A program made the translations under genes and the position numbers. From assembly GCA_041483895.1 (NCBI GenBank), contig JBGPGO010000005.1, forward strand, positions 96,001 to 160,000: DNA of 64,000 bases, written 5' to 3'. Below the pieces are notes generated by a model. It made no database searches. It had not been told where the DNA came from and saw only the letters and a list, made by a program, of their open reading frames with translations. The stretch comes from Fimbriimonadia bacterium. GTDB taxonomy: Bacteria > Armatimonadota > Fimbriimonadia > Fimbriimonadales > JABRVX01. This document shows positions 20,178 through 28,780 of the stretch, one piece after another (the stretch's first letter is position 1; each line of letters starts with the position of its first letter).

Positions 20178-20519
20178 TAGAACACAACTTCCTCGCAAGA
20201 TGGGTGAACAATCTCGTTGTGCTTATTGTCCGACATCCGCCGGTCGTTAAGAAAGTCCCAATTTTGTTGTCCTAGGAATCATGTACTAGAAAGTGTTTAT
20301 CCCTGGAACCAAGCCTTTAGTTGGCTTAGTGGTGGGATGCGAGTAACCAACTGCCTTCGGTCATCCCGATTATTGCTCGCTGACCATCAAGGAATTCGCC
20401 AAACTGCGAACACAAGCGAACGCGGGATTGTTGAGGTCGCCAACTTTCCGAGCGGCCGTACTTCCCTTTGTGAAAGCTTATCGCCATTTATCGATCACAA
20501 CCCATGTACAATTGGCGTT

Positions 20520-21065
20520 ATGGACAAATGGACGACCTTTACAAGCCTAGACGAACTCATACAACATAACGTTGAAACGATAGCCAGGATTGAAAGGGCC
20601 GGCCACGACAGTCGTACGGCGAGCGATCGGTTTGCAGACATTGTTTCCGCATTCTGCGGTCGGATCGGTTTCGTGTGGGTCCATTGCGTTTGGTTTGTCC
20701 TGTGGCTACTGGTCAATGCGACCGCTATCTTCCCGGCAGGAATGCGATTTGATCCTCCCCCTTTCCCAATGTTGACGCTTATTGTTTCCCTGGAGGCCAT
20801 TTTTCTTTCGACATTCATCTTGATCAGCCAGAATCACCAGCAGCATCTTGGGGATAAGCGAAATCACCTTGATTTGCAGATCAACCTTCTCGCTGAGCAG
20901 GAGAATAGCCAGATGTTGACCATGTTGCATCAGATCATGGAACGCCTTAATATTGAAGGGGACCGCACGAAGCAGGCAGCGATGCGCGAAACTACCGACC
21001 CCGAGCACATGGTGAAGCATATCGAGCGTTCCACCGGCAATGCGAGTGCCGAAGACGCCGATTAG
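20520..21065 (+). CDS. DUF1003 membrane protein
   Basis: FDPPPFPMLTLIVSLEAIFLSTFILISQN, LDLQINLLAEQE; TACAAT 7 nt before ATG. Confidence 0.88.
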   Translation: MDKWTTFTSLDELIQHNVETIARIERAGHDSRTASDRFADIVSAFCGRIGFVWVHCVWFVLWLLVNATAIFPAGMRFDPPPFPMLTLIVSLEAIFLSTFILISQNHQQHLGDKRNHLDLQINLLAEQENSQMLTMLHQIMERLNIEGDRTKQAAMRETTDPEHMVKHIERSTGNASAEDAD

Positions 21066-21140
21066 TAGCAATCCTCGAATCCTAGCTGCACGGCCTCACC
21101 GGTTCGCACCGACAACGAAATATCGCCGTCCTGGTCCCGC

Positions 21141-21395
21141 CTAAGAACCGGCTTGGCGTTCCATTTCCACGAGCCGCGTGTAGTAGTCAGGGATCTCGTT
21201 TAGGTGAGCCCAGGCGATCTTGCCGGTCAGCAAAGGGTCGTCGCCTGTCACGTTCGTCCTCGGATCGGCGGCGCCGTGCTCCAACTCAATCGCCAGACCG
21301 AGCCGGAACTGCTCGAGATTGGTGACAGCCCAATCCACCCCGATCTTGTCGCCGATTGCCCTGGCCTCTTCTGTGGTGAACTCACGCTTGCTCAT
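21141..21395 (-). CDS. DUF5661-like small protein
   Basis: EQFRLGLAIELEHG, KIAWAHLNEIPDYYTRL; TATACT 6 nt before ATG. Confidence 0.8.
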   Translation of the reverse strand: MSKREFTTEEARAIGDKIGVDWAVTNLEQFRLGLAIELEHGAADPRTNVTGDDPLLTGKIAWAHLNEIPDYYTRLVEMERQAGS

Positions 21396-21599
21396 GGTCT
21401 CAGTATAGCCGCTGTGACTGACCGATGGATAGCCTTCACGTACTCGGTGCGTGATCGCAACCGACCAACTTCTCTCCGGGAACATTCGTTTGACGACAGT
21501 CAGCCTTTATCTGTCTACATATATCCTGACAGCCAAAGAGACGACTTGCACCCTTTTCCGTGAAAAGCTACAGTGGGGTTAAGAAAAAGGTGACGAAAA

Positions 21600-23336
21600 A
21601 TGAAAGTCATTCCGTACGTTTTGACAATTGCTCTCGCAGTGGCCGCCTCGGTTGTATCCGCACAGCAGATTCATGCGACGGTGGACGGCACTGCGGTGGA
21701 GTTCGCCGGCGTTCAGCCCACGATGGTGGATGGCCGCATATCGGTGCCCCTCCGCGAAATCTTCCAGCGGATGGGGGCCCAAGTTCACTGGAACTCGGCC
21801 ACCAGCACCGTGACTGCGGACAGAACCGGCACCAACGTGCAGCTTCGAATCGGCGAGTACACCGCCCAGGTTGATGGCCGAACCGTAAATCTGGACAGCC
21901 CCGCAACTCTCGTCAGCGGCCATGTGATGGTCCCGATCCGCTTCGTTAGCGAAGCGCTTGGCGCACGGGTTAACTGGCACGAACAGACCCAGACCGTGGC
22001 CATTTATACATCCGCAACGGCAATTGCGAAGGTCGATCCGTCCTTCGATAGCTACGCGGGGAACGGCAGCGCCGCCGGCCCTGCGATCCTTAGTAATGAG
22101 ACGGTCGGCATGACGACAATCGTCGCCGGCACAGTCATTCCGTTTGCGCTCGTAGACGAACTCAGTTCGGATAATTCAAGAATCGGCGACAAGTTCACGG
22201 CGACATTGAAGGAAAACAGTGGATTGGGCTATCTCGGCCTGCCCGCGGGGACAATCGTCGAAGGGCACGTGAACGCCGCAAATGCCAAGAAGAACAACAT
22301 GCCCGGCGTCCTTGGCCTCGCATTTGACCGGATTCGCCTACCAAGCGGAGCGACGTTCGCGGCCCAAGGCTCGCTTATCGGACTGGACAGCAAGAGCGTC
22401 GACAACCAGAATGGTCGCCTTGTGGCCAAGCAATCTGCCAAAACCGATCTGAAATATGTCGGCATTGGCGCTGGCGGCGGCATGGTACTCGCGCTCATCA
22501 CGAAGGGGAATGTCCTGACTACGTCGGTAATCGGCGCAGCGTTGGGTTACCTGTACACACTGGTTCAGAAGGACCCGGCGCAAGCCAACAATGTGACACT
22601 GCCGCCGGGCGCGGAGTTCGGTGTACGGCTTGACCAAAGCATCTTGTTGCGCAACGCTTCACTACGGGCAGAGGGAATAAGTGATGGCGGCATTGGCGCC
22701 AGTGGAGCCGTCTATGCTGTCAACGCTCCATTCGCCGGAATGAGCGGAGGCGAGACGATTAGCATTGACGCCGGCACCGTCATCCCGTTCAAGATGACGA
22801 ACAAGCTGACCTCGAACGGTTCGAGAAAGGGCCAGAAGTTTACGGGGACCATGCAGACAGACGGCGGCGGGGACTACGGCGGTCTGCCTTCGGGCACGAT
22901 CGTCGAAGGCCACGTAAACGTCGTACGGGCTAAGACCACCAAGGCTCCCGGCGTTCTCGGCCTCGCGTTCGATCGAATGCGCCTGCCGAACGGACAGACG
23001 TATGCTATCCATGGTTCTTTGATCGGGTTGGATGGCAAGAGTGTCGACAACCAGGACGGCAGGCTGGTGGCAAAAGCCGGCAGCAAGAACGACCTTAAGT
23101 ACGTCGGCTACGGGGCCGGCGCCGGCGCTCTCGTCGCGCTCGTCACGAAGGGGAACCTCCTAACGAACTCAGTGATCGGCGCGGCGCTCGGTTACGGATA
23201 TTCCCGCTTGCAAAAGAGCCCATCAAAGTTCAACAACGTAACACTCAAGCCGGGCACGAAATTCGGAGTGCGGCTAGACCGCGCAATGTCTTTCCGTAGC
23301 GCATCAGTTCCCGCTGTGTCGGTCGGCGTTCAGTAG
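21600..23336 (+). CDS. Secreted copper-amine-oxidase N-terminal (stalk) domain protein with two internal repeats
   Basis: VPLREIFQRMGAQV.W, MVPIRFVSEALGA; two homologous AGTVIPF...FGVRLD units with Gly-zipper segments. Confidence 0.8.
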   Translation: MKVIPYVLTIALAVAASVVSAQQIHATVDGTAVEFAGVQPTMVDGRISVPLREIFQRMGAQVHWNSATSTVTADRTGTNVQLRIGEYTAQVDGRTVNLDSPATLVSGHVMVPIRFVSEALGARVNWHEQTQTVAIYTSATAIAKVDPSFDSYAGNGSAAGPAILSNETVGMTTIVAGTVIPFALVDELSSDNSRIGDKFTATLKENSGLGYLGLPAGTIVEGHVNAANAKKNNMPGVLGLAFDRIRLPSGATFAAQGSLIGLDSKSVDNQNGRLVAKQSAKTDLKYVGIGAGGGMVLALITKGNVLTTSVIGAALGYLYTLVQKDPAQANNVTLPPGAEFGVRLDQSILLRNASLRAEGISDGGIGASGAVYAVNAPFAGMSGGETISIDAGTVIPFKMTNKLTSNGSRKGQKFTGTMQTDGGGDYGGLPSGTIVEGHVNVVRAKTTKAPGVLGLAFDRMRLPNGQTYAIHGSLIGLDGKSVDNQDGRLVAKAGSKNDLKYVGYGAGAGALVALVTKGNLLTNSVIGAALGYGYSRLQKSPSKFNNVTLKPGTKFGVRLDRAMSFRSASVPAVSVGVQ

Positions 23337-23365
23337 TCGGCGACGCAGAAAGCTAATGACTTCAC

Positions 23366-23400
23366 GGGCCTACGGTCTGCCCCGGACCGTAGGCCCCTTT
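23366..23400 (+). terminator. Probable intrinsic terminator
   Basis: GGGCCTACGGTC/GACCGTAGGCCC 12-bp stem then CTTT, between convergent genes. Confidence 0.6.
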
Positions 23401-23519
23401 CCCCGATATGCCCTGCCGTTTTGCGTTCTTGTTGATTTCTGTACGAGTGATTTGGGTAGGTTGCGCTGAAGGATCTCAATGTTCATTTTGTCAACTTCGG
23501 CATGTGTGGGGAGCTGCAG

Positions 23520-24023
23520 CTAGTCGAGCAATCCCGGGATCGGATGGATGGTCATGCGGCCTGTCTCAAGATTAACTTCCGTCACGATCTCTTTGACCGC
23601 GGGGATGAGGAACCGTCCCACTTCATACACGTCATTTGCGCCACTGTGGATGATATTGTCCAGCGTGCCAAGAAGAACGCCGGCATCTGTGTAAACGGAA
23701 ATGCCGATCAGGTCGTCGTCGTAATACGCTCCCTCTTCCAACTCCATTCGTTCCGTATCGGGGAGGAAGAGGTCGAAGCCGCGCAACCGTTCGACATCGT
23801 CAACAGTTTCCACGCCTTTGAACTTGACCAGCGCCTGGCCCTTGTGCCAGCGAATCGCATCGATCTCCATCGGCGTGGACGTCTCTTGGCGCTTGCCGCC
23901 CCAGCAGCGTAGACCATTCTTAAACCGTTCCGGGAAATCCGTGAGCGGCTCCACTTTCGCCTCGCCCTTTATGCCAAAGGGACCGACCACGACGCCGATG
24001 ACAAACCAGCCGGTTCTAGGCAT
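23520..24023 (-). CDS. rimM: Ribosome maturation factor RimM
   Basis: GPFGIKGEAKV, YYDDDLIG, GANDVY, LIPAV; context after rpsP-khpA. Confidence 0.93.
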   Translation of the reverse strand: MPRTGWFVIGVVVGPFGIKGEAKVEPLTDFPERFKNGLRCWGGKRQETSTPMEIDAIRWHKGQALVKFKGVETVDDVERLRGFDLFLPDTERMELEEGAYYDDDLIGISVYTDAGVLLGTLDNIIHSGANDVYEVGRFLIPAVKEIVTEVNLETGRMTIHPIPGLLD

Positions 24024-24034
24024 GAGCAATTTGT

Positions 24035-24118
24035 ATGTGATTCCGAGCTTGCGAGGAATCTGTGTGGCCAGGGAAACCCTCGGGCGATGGCAGATTCCTC
24101 GCAAGCTCGGAATCACAT
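24035..24118. repeat. Miniature inverted-repeat (REP/MITE-like) element
   Basis: 28-bp perfect arms ATGTGATTCCGAGCTTGCGAGGAATCTG (24035-24062)/(24091-24118); partial CGGAATGACA follows. Confidence 0.8.
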
Positions 24119-24159
24119 CGCGTCGATCCGGAATGACATGGGATCAAGAACATCAACTG

Positions 24160-24399
24160 TTACTCCGTCTCGAACTTAACGGAAACCGTCTGCCGTTCCT
24201 TTTGGGCTACCGCATCGACAACGGTCCGAATCGCCGTCGCCACGCGGCCGCGCTTGCCGATGATTTTCCCCACGTCCGGCGGCGCGACCCGAATCGAATA
24301 TTCCATCCCGTCGCGCCCGCGCATCTCCTTCACAGTGATCACGTCCGGATCGTCCACGATCTCGCTGACCAATGTTTCAAGCAAATTCTTGACAGCCAT
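24160..24399 (-). CDS. khpA: KH-domain RNA-binding protein KhpA
   Basis: DVGKIIGKRGR; between rpsP and rimM. Confidence 0.9.
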   Translation of the reverse strand: MAVKNLLETLVSEIVDDPDVITVKEMRGRDGMEYSIRVAPPDVGKIIGKRGRVATAIRTVVDAVAQKERQTVSVKFETE

Positions 24400-24887
24400 T
24401 ATGCCGGCGCCTCCTCCGCGGGAGCTTCCTCAACGGCTGTCTCTTCCGCGACCGGCTCTTCCGTTGGAGCTTCCGCTACCGCCTCGACCACTGGTTCTTC
24501 AACTACGGCGACTGGCTCTTCGACGACGGCCTCCGCAACCGGCTCTTCCTTCTTTGGAGCTGCCTTCTTCGGTTCCGGCTTCGGCTCCGGTTTGGGTTCC
24601 GGCTTGGGTCTTGGCGTGTACTCGATGCCTTTGGACTTCATGAAGTCGCCCCAAGCGCCACTCTCTTGCAAAAGATACTTGGCGGTGTCCGACGGTTGCG
24701 CGCCGACACCCAGCCAATATAGCGCGCGCTCGTTCTTGATATTGATCTTTGACGGATCCGGCATCGGGTCATACGTGCCGATGATCTCCCGATACAGACC
24801 GCGGCGGCCCTTTCGCGAATCCACGACGACAACTCGGTAGAACGGATGCTTTTTTGCGCCCATGCGGCGCAATCGTATTCGAACCAT
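24399..24887 (-). CDS. rpsP: 30S ribosomal protein S16 with acidic C-terminal extension
   Basis: MVRIRLRRMGAKKHPFYRVVV, GAQPSDT. Confidence 0.97.
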   Translation of the reverse strand: MVRIRLRRMGAKKHPFYRVVVVDSRKGRRGLYREIIGTYDPMPDPSKINIKNERALYWLGVGAQPSDTAKYLLQESGAWGDFMKSKGIEYTPRPKPEPKPEPKPEPKKAAPKKEEPVAEAVVEEPVAVVEEPVVEAVAEAPTEEPVAEETAVEEAPAEEAPA

Positions 24888-24905
24888 ATATCTATCAAGC
24901 CTCCC

Positions 24906-26387
24906 TTAGCGAAACTTCTTTCCCGTGCGCTTCATGCGCTTCTGCATTCCCATCATGCCCTTCATCATCTGCCGCATCTGCTGCAGCTGCGATATCAGGG
25001 CGTTCACATCTTCCGGCTTCGAGCCGCTCCCCGCCGCGATCCGCCTCTTGCGCGAGCCGTTCAGCAGCTCCGGATGGCGGCGCTCCTGCGGCGTCATGCT
25101 CAGGATCAATGCCTCCACGCGCTGCATTTGTTTCCCTTGCATCGCCTCATGGGCGCCCTTCATTTGGCTCATGCCGGGGATCATATCCATGATCTTTTCG
25201 AGCGAGCCCATCTTCTTGATCATCTGGAACTGGCTCAGCATGTCCTCGAAGTTTAGCGTGTTTGACCGCAATTTTGCTTCGAGCTGCTTCGCCTGGTCCA
25301 AATCGAAGGCCGCTTCGGCGGTCTCGATGAGGGAAAGAACGTCCCCCATGCCGAGAATTCGCCCGGCGGCCCGGTCGGGATAAAACGGCTCCAGGGCGTC
25401 GGTTTTCTCGCCGACGCCGACGAATCGGATAGGTTTACCACAAACGGCGCGAATACTGAGCGCCGCGCCGCCCCTCGCGTCCCCATCCATCTTGGTTAAT
25501 ATGACCCCGTCGATGCCCAGCTGTTGATTGAAAGCCTCGGCGACGTTGACCGATTCCTGCCCGGCGGTGCCGTCAACCACTAGAAGGGTTTCATGGGCTC
25601 CGACCGCCTGCTTGATGTTTTTGACTTGGCGCATCAGGTCGTCGTCAATCTGCAGCCGGCCGGCGGTGTCCACGATCAGGACGTCCGTCGCCTCCTTTTT
25701 GGCTTGGACGGCCACCTTCACCGGGTCCGTCTCGCCCTCGACGGCTACAACCGGCACCCCGATCTGCTCGCCCAACACCTGCAACTGCCTTACCGCCGCC
25801 GGCCGTTGCAGGTCACAGGCCGCCAGGATCGGCTTCTTGCCCTGGCCTTGCAGCCACTTGGCCAGCTTGGCAGCGGTGGTGGTCTTACCCGATCCCTGTA
25901 GGCCGCACAACAGAAACACCGTCGGCCCGCTCGCGGCCCAGTTGATCTCATTCGATGCGACCGGTCTCCCGACCGAGTCGCCAGGTCGACTCCCTCCCCC
26001 GCTTGCGGGGGAGGGCTGGGGTGGGGGTCCGGAAAAGCCCTCCCCTTTTTTCACGCCCTCGCGTGAAGAAGGGGGAGGGTTGGGTGGGGGTTCTTCCGAT
26101 GCGACCGGCCTCCCGACCGGCGCGCCACCAAGCAGCTCCACCATGTGGTCCCGGACAATCTTGACCACCTGCTGGTCGGGCTCCAGCGCTTCCCACACCT
26201 TCTCCCCGACGGCCCTCTCGGTGACGGCGCGGACGAACTCCTTGACCACCTTGTAGTTGACATCGGCCTCGAGGAGGGCGACGCGCACCTCGCGCAACGC
26301 TTCGGTGACGTCCTTCTCGCTGAGCCTTCCGCGCCCGCGCAGACGCCCAAATATCCCACCGAGCTTCTGGCTTAGGGTTTCGAACAT
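24906..26387 (-). CDS. ffh: Signal recognition particle protein Ffh with in-frame repeat-derived insertion
   Basis: ALLEADV, GLQGSGKTT, DTAGR, TKMDGDARGG, GRILGMGD, SMTPQER. Confidence 0.98.
   Translation of the reverse strand: MFETLSQKLGGIFGRLRGRGRLSEKDVTEALREVRVALLEADVNYKVVKEFVRAVTERAVGEKVWEALEPDQQVVKIVRDHMVELLGGAPVGRPVASEEPPPNPPPSSREGVKKGEGFSGPPPQPSPASGGGSRPGDSVGRPVASNEINWAASGPTVFLLCGLQGSGKTTTAAKLAKWLQGQGKKPILAACDLQRPAAVRQLQVLGEQIGVPVVAVEGETDPVKVAVQAKKEATDVLIVDTAGRLQIDDDLMRQVKNIKQAVGAHETLLVVDGTAGQESVNVAEAFNQQLGIDGVILTKMDGDARGGAALSIRAVCGKPIRFVGVGEKTDALEPFYPDRAAGRILGMGDVLSLIETAEAAFDLDQAKQLEAKLRSNTLNFEDMLSQFQMIKKMGSLEKIMDMIPGMSQMKGAHEAMQGKQMQRVEALILSMTPQERRHPELLNGSRKRRIAAGSGSKPEDVNALISQLQQMRQMMKGMMGMQKRMKRTGKKFR
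25953..26119. repeat. Composite palindromic element in frame within ffh
   Basis: 23-bp direct repeats (25953-25975, 26097-26119; 1 mismatch; offset 144 nt) enclosing hairpins at 25990-26027 and 26035-26096. Confidence 0.9.
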
Positions 26388-26506
26388 GGGGATCGGGAGT
26401 ATACCTTGGGCAGAGGCGGTGAATGCGGGGCCGGGCCACCTTGTTGTGCCCCAACGGAGACACTTAGGGATGCTTTGTAGGTCATTTTGGGCTACACTCG
26501 TTCGAG

Positions 26507-27562
26507 ATGGATCTAGAAAGTGTTCATATACAGAGATTCCGGTGCTTCGACGACTTCAAGATTACAGGTTTCCGCCAGATTACGTTAGTTGCCGGAGCTA
26601 ACAACGTCGGCAAGACCGCGCTCTTAGAAGCCATATTCCTGTTGTACGGCCCAGCTAGCCCGGACCTACCCGGCATGCTCAACTTGAATCGCCAACTTTC
26701 AGGCCACGTCATTGTTCCATTGGAGTTTTGGGGGTGGCTTTTTCACGAGCGAAACATAAAGGAAACCGCCACGATCCAGTCTAGCGGTGACGCCTCAACT
26801 GAGCGTAGCCTGACGCTCACGTTGAAACACGGTGACACATTGTCTATGAGCGACAAGGATCTTATCGCACAGCCGCCCGGTCCAATACTGAATCCGTACA
26901 TTCTCGAAATGGCATACCAGATTGGATCCGGGGAACGGTTTATTTCCCGTGCGAGACCCGGCGACCAGGGCATCCAGTACGATGTCGCTAGTATTCCGTC
27001 AATACCAACGATACTTACAATGTCCAGCACACTTAGATACCCTTTGGATGTGCCGCAACTCTTTACGGACGCTGTCCGAGACGGTCAGAAAGATAAGCTG
27101 ATTGCCGCGATGAGGACCATCGCACCAGATTGCAATGATCTTCTATTGCTCCAGTGGTGTGGAGCGTCTGTTCTGCACGTCGGTCGTTCTTCTGGCGTGC
27201 CTATGCCGATCCAGCTAATGGGGGATGGCGTTGCAAGATTGTTCTCAATCCTTCTTGTGGTATATCGGGCAAAAGATGGGATCGTGTTGATCGACGAAAT
27301 CGAGGCAGGCTTTCATCACTCAAATTTTTGCATGGTCTGGGAATCAGTTATCGACACTGCTACGAAAAACAACGTTCAGGTAGTGGCAACCACTCACAGT
27401 TTAGAATTCATCGAATCTGGATACAGCGTATTTCGAAAAGGCGAACGATCGGATTTGCTCAGATTGATAAGGTTGCAATCTGTTGATGGCAAGACCAAAG
27501 CATTCGATTACGATCTGGATTTGCTTGAAGCGGCCCGTGAAATCGAGGCCGAGGTCCGTTAG
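26507..27562 (+). CDS. ABC/AAA ATPase (AAA_15/AAA_21-like)
   Basis: IQRFRCF, GANNVGKT Walker A, MGDG signature, LIDEIEAGFH, ATTHS. Confidence 0.9.
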   Translation: MDLESVHIQRFRCFDDFKITGFRQITLVAGANNVGKTALLEAIFLLYGPASPDLPGMLNLNRQLSGHVIVPLEFWGWLFHERNIKETATIQSSGDASTERSLTLTLKHGDTLSMSDKDLIAQPPGPILNPYILEMAYQIGSGERFISRARPGDQGIQYDVASIPSIPTILTMSSTLRYPLDVPQLFTDAVRDGQKDKLIAAMRTIAPDCNDLLLLQWCGASVLHVGRSSGVPMPIQLMGDGVARLFSILLVVYRAKDGIVLIDEIEAGFHHSNFCMVWESVIDTATKNNVQVVATTHSLEFIESGYSVFRKGERSDLLRLIRLQSVDGKTKAFDYDLDLLEAAREIEAEVR

Positions 27563-28189
27563 TTGAAGTCCCAAGTGCCAGAGTCAATTAATCGGCCTTG
27601 CGTGATCGCAGTAGAAGGAGACGATTGCAAACGAGTTGTTCGTGCAATGCTACGTCATCTGCAACGAGATGCGGTTGTGCGGGATTTGAAGTCTCAGTCG
27701 GAGATTCGATCAGGCTTGCTGGCACTTGCCACTGATCCCGGTTTTGTCCACAATGCCAGGTCTTTGGCAGTCATAATTGATGCAGAAGCGAATATAGTTG
27801 CGGCAATTGACAAAGCAAAGGGAGCCATCGCCCAACTTCAGGATTGGCCTCATCCGACGAAGCACGGGGTCATCAGGTCCCATCCCAGCAACCTGCGGCG
27901 AGCAGGATTTTTTGTTCTCCCAGATGGCAAATCCAACGGAAATCTCGAGGACTTAGTCTGGCGATCTGTTGCGGATAATCCGATGGCTCCGTGCATCCAA
28001 GACTTTCAAGAATGTATTCACGAGAATGGGCTGCCACTTCCATCCAATTTGAGCAAGTTTCGTGTGCAATCATTCATTGCTGGACACCCAAGCGACTTTC
28101 GTCTAATCGGTGAAGCTGCCGACGGTGGCGTTTGGCCATTCGACCACGACGCGTTCGACGGCCTAAGAAAATTTCTTAGCGGCTTATGA
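27563..28189 (+). CDS. DUF3226-like TOPRIM-fold protein
   Basis: IAVEGDD, IIDAE, FVLPDGKSNGNLEDL, WPFDH; abuts the ATPase stop. Confidence 0.7.
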   Translation: MKSQVPESINRPCVIAVEGDDCKRVVRAMLRHLQRDAVVRDLKSQSEIRSGLLALATDPGFVHNARSLAVIIDAEANIVAAIDKAKGAIAQLQDWPHPTKHGVIRSHPSNLRRAGFFVLPDGKSNGNLEDLVWRSVADNPMAPCIQDFQECIHENGLPLPSNLSKFRVQSFIAGHPSDFRLIGEAADGGVWPFDHDAFDGLRKFLSGL

Positions 28190-28305
28190 ATACGTCTTGC
28201 AGAAAGCAACGGGCCTACTCGAATCTTCATCACGAGACTGCGATTTTCACCAGATGCCGTTGCTACGACGCCAAGGTATCGTATGTATGCATGTTCGAAG
28301 AGTCT

Positions 28306-28587
28306 CTATTGAGGAGAATTCTTACTGATTTCGGTTAACGCCCCTGCAAGGTCCTTCACCCGTCCATCGCGCACATCCTGTTCACTTGCTCGCATGGCGG
28401 CGATGAAGCGGGTGTGCTCCAGTTCGTCCACCATCGCCTGGTACGTCTCGACATCCTGAATCACGACCTCCGCGTCGCCATTGACCGTGATCGCCATCGG
28501 GCTTTTCGTCTCCTTAACCCGTTGGATATAGCGTTTGGCATTTCGCGTAAATTCGGTCAGGGAATGGATGTCGGTCGCCTTAATCAT
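28306..28587 (-). CDS. Phd/YefM family antitoxin
   Basis: DIHSLTEFTRN, PMAITVNGDAEVVIQD. Confidence 0.85.
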   Translation of the reverse strand: MIKATDIHSLTEFTRNAKRYIQRVKETKSPMAITVNGDAEVVIQDVETYQAMVDELEHTRFIAAMRASEQDVRDGRVKDLAGALTEISKNSPQ

Positions 28588-28780
28588 ATTTGCCTAGCCC
28601 TCATGGAATTACTCATGTTATTCCATGATACCACAAGTCGCAGCCGCTTAGGTATTTGGAATTCCAGACGAATTGACAGATGGGGCTGCGGCTACCTATG
28701 AGCGCCATGTAACCATCCCCCGACCTGTGACATCTAACGGTCAAGAAGCCCTTGTCAGCAGGGCAGAAGGTGGTCCTCTC

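Noticed and set aside
20217..20519. 100-aa N-terminal extension of the DUF1003 ORF
   Set aside because: No recognisable content; -10 hexamer supports a start at 20520
24399..24620. Repetitive PKPE/EEPVAE tail of S16
   Set aside because: Low-complexity extension common in long S16 proteins; not palindromic
25953..26119. ffh insert as an intein, intron or CRISPR
   Set aside because: No C/S...HN intein ends, too short for self-splicing introns, only two direct repeats and no cas genes
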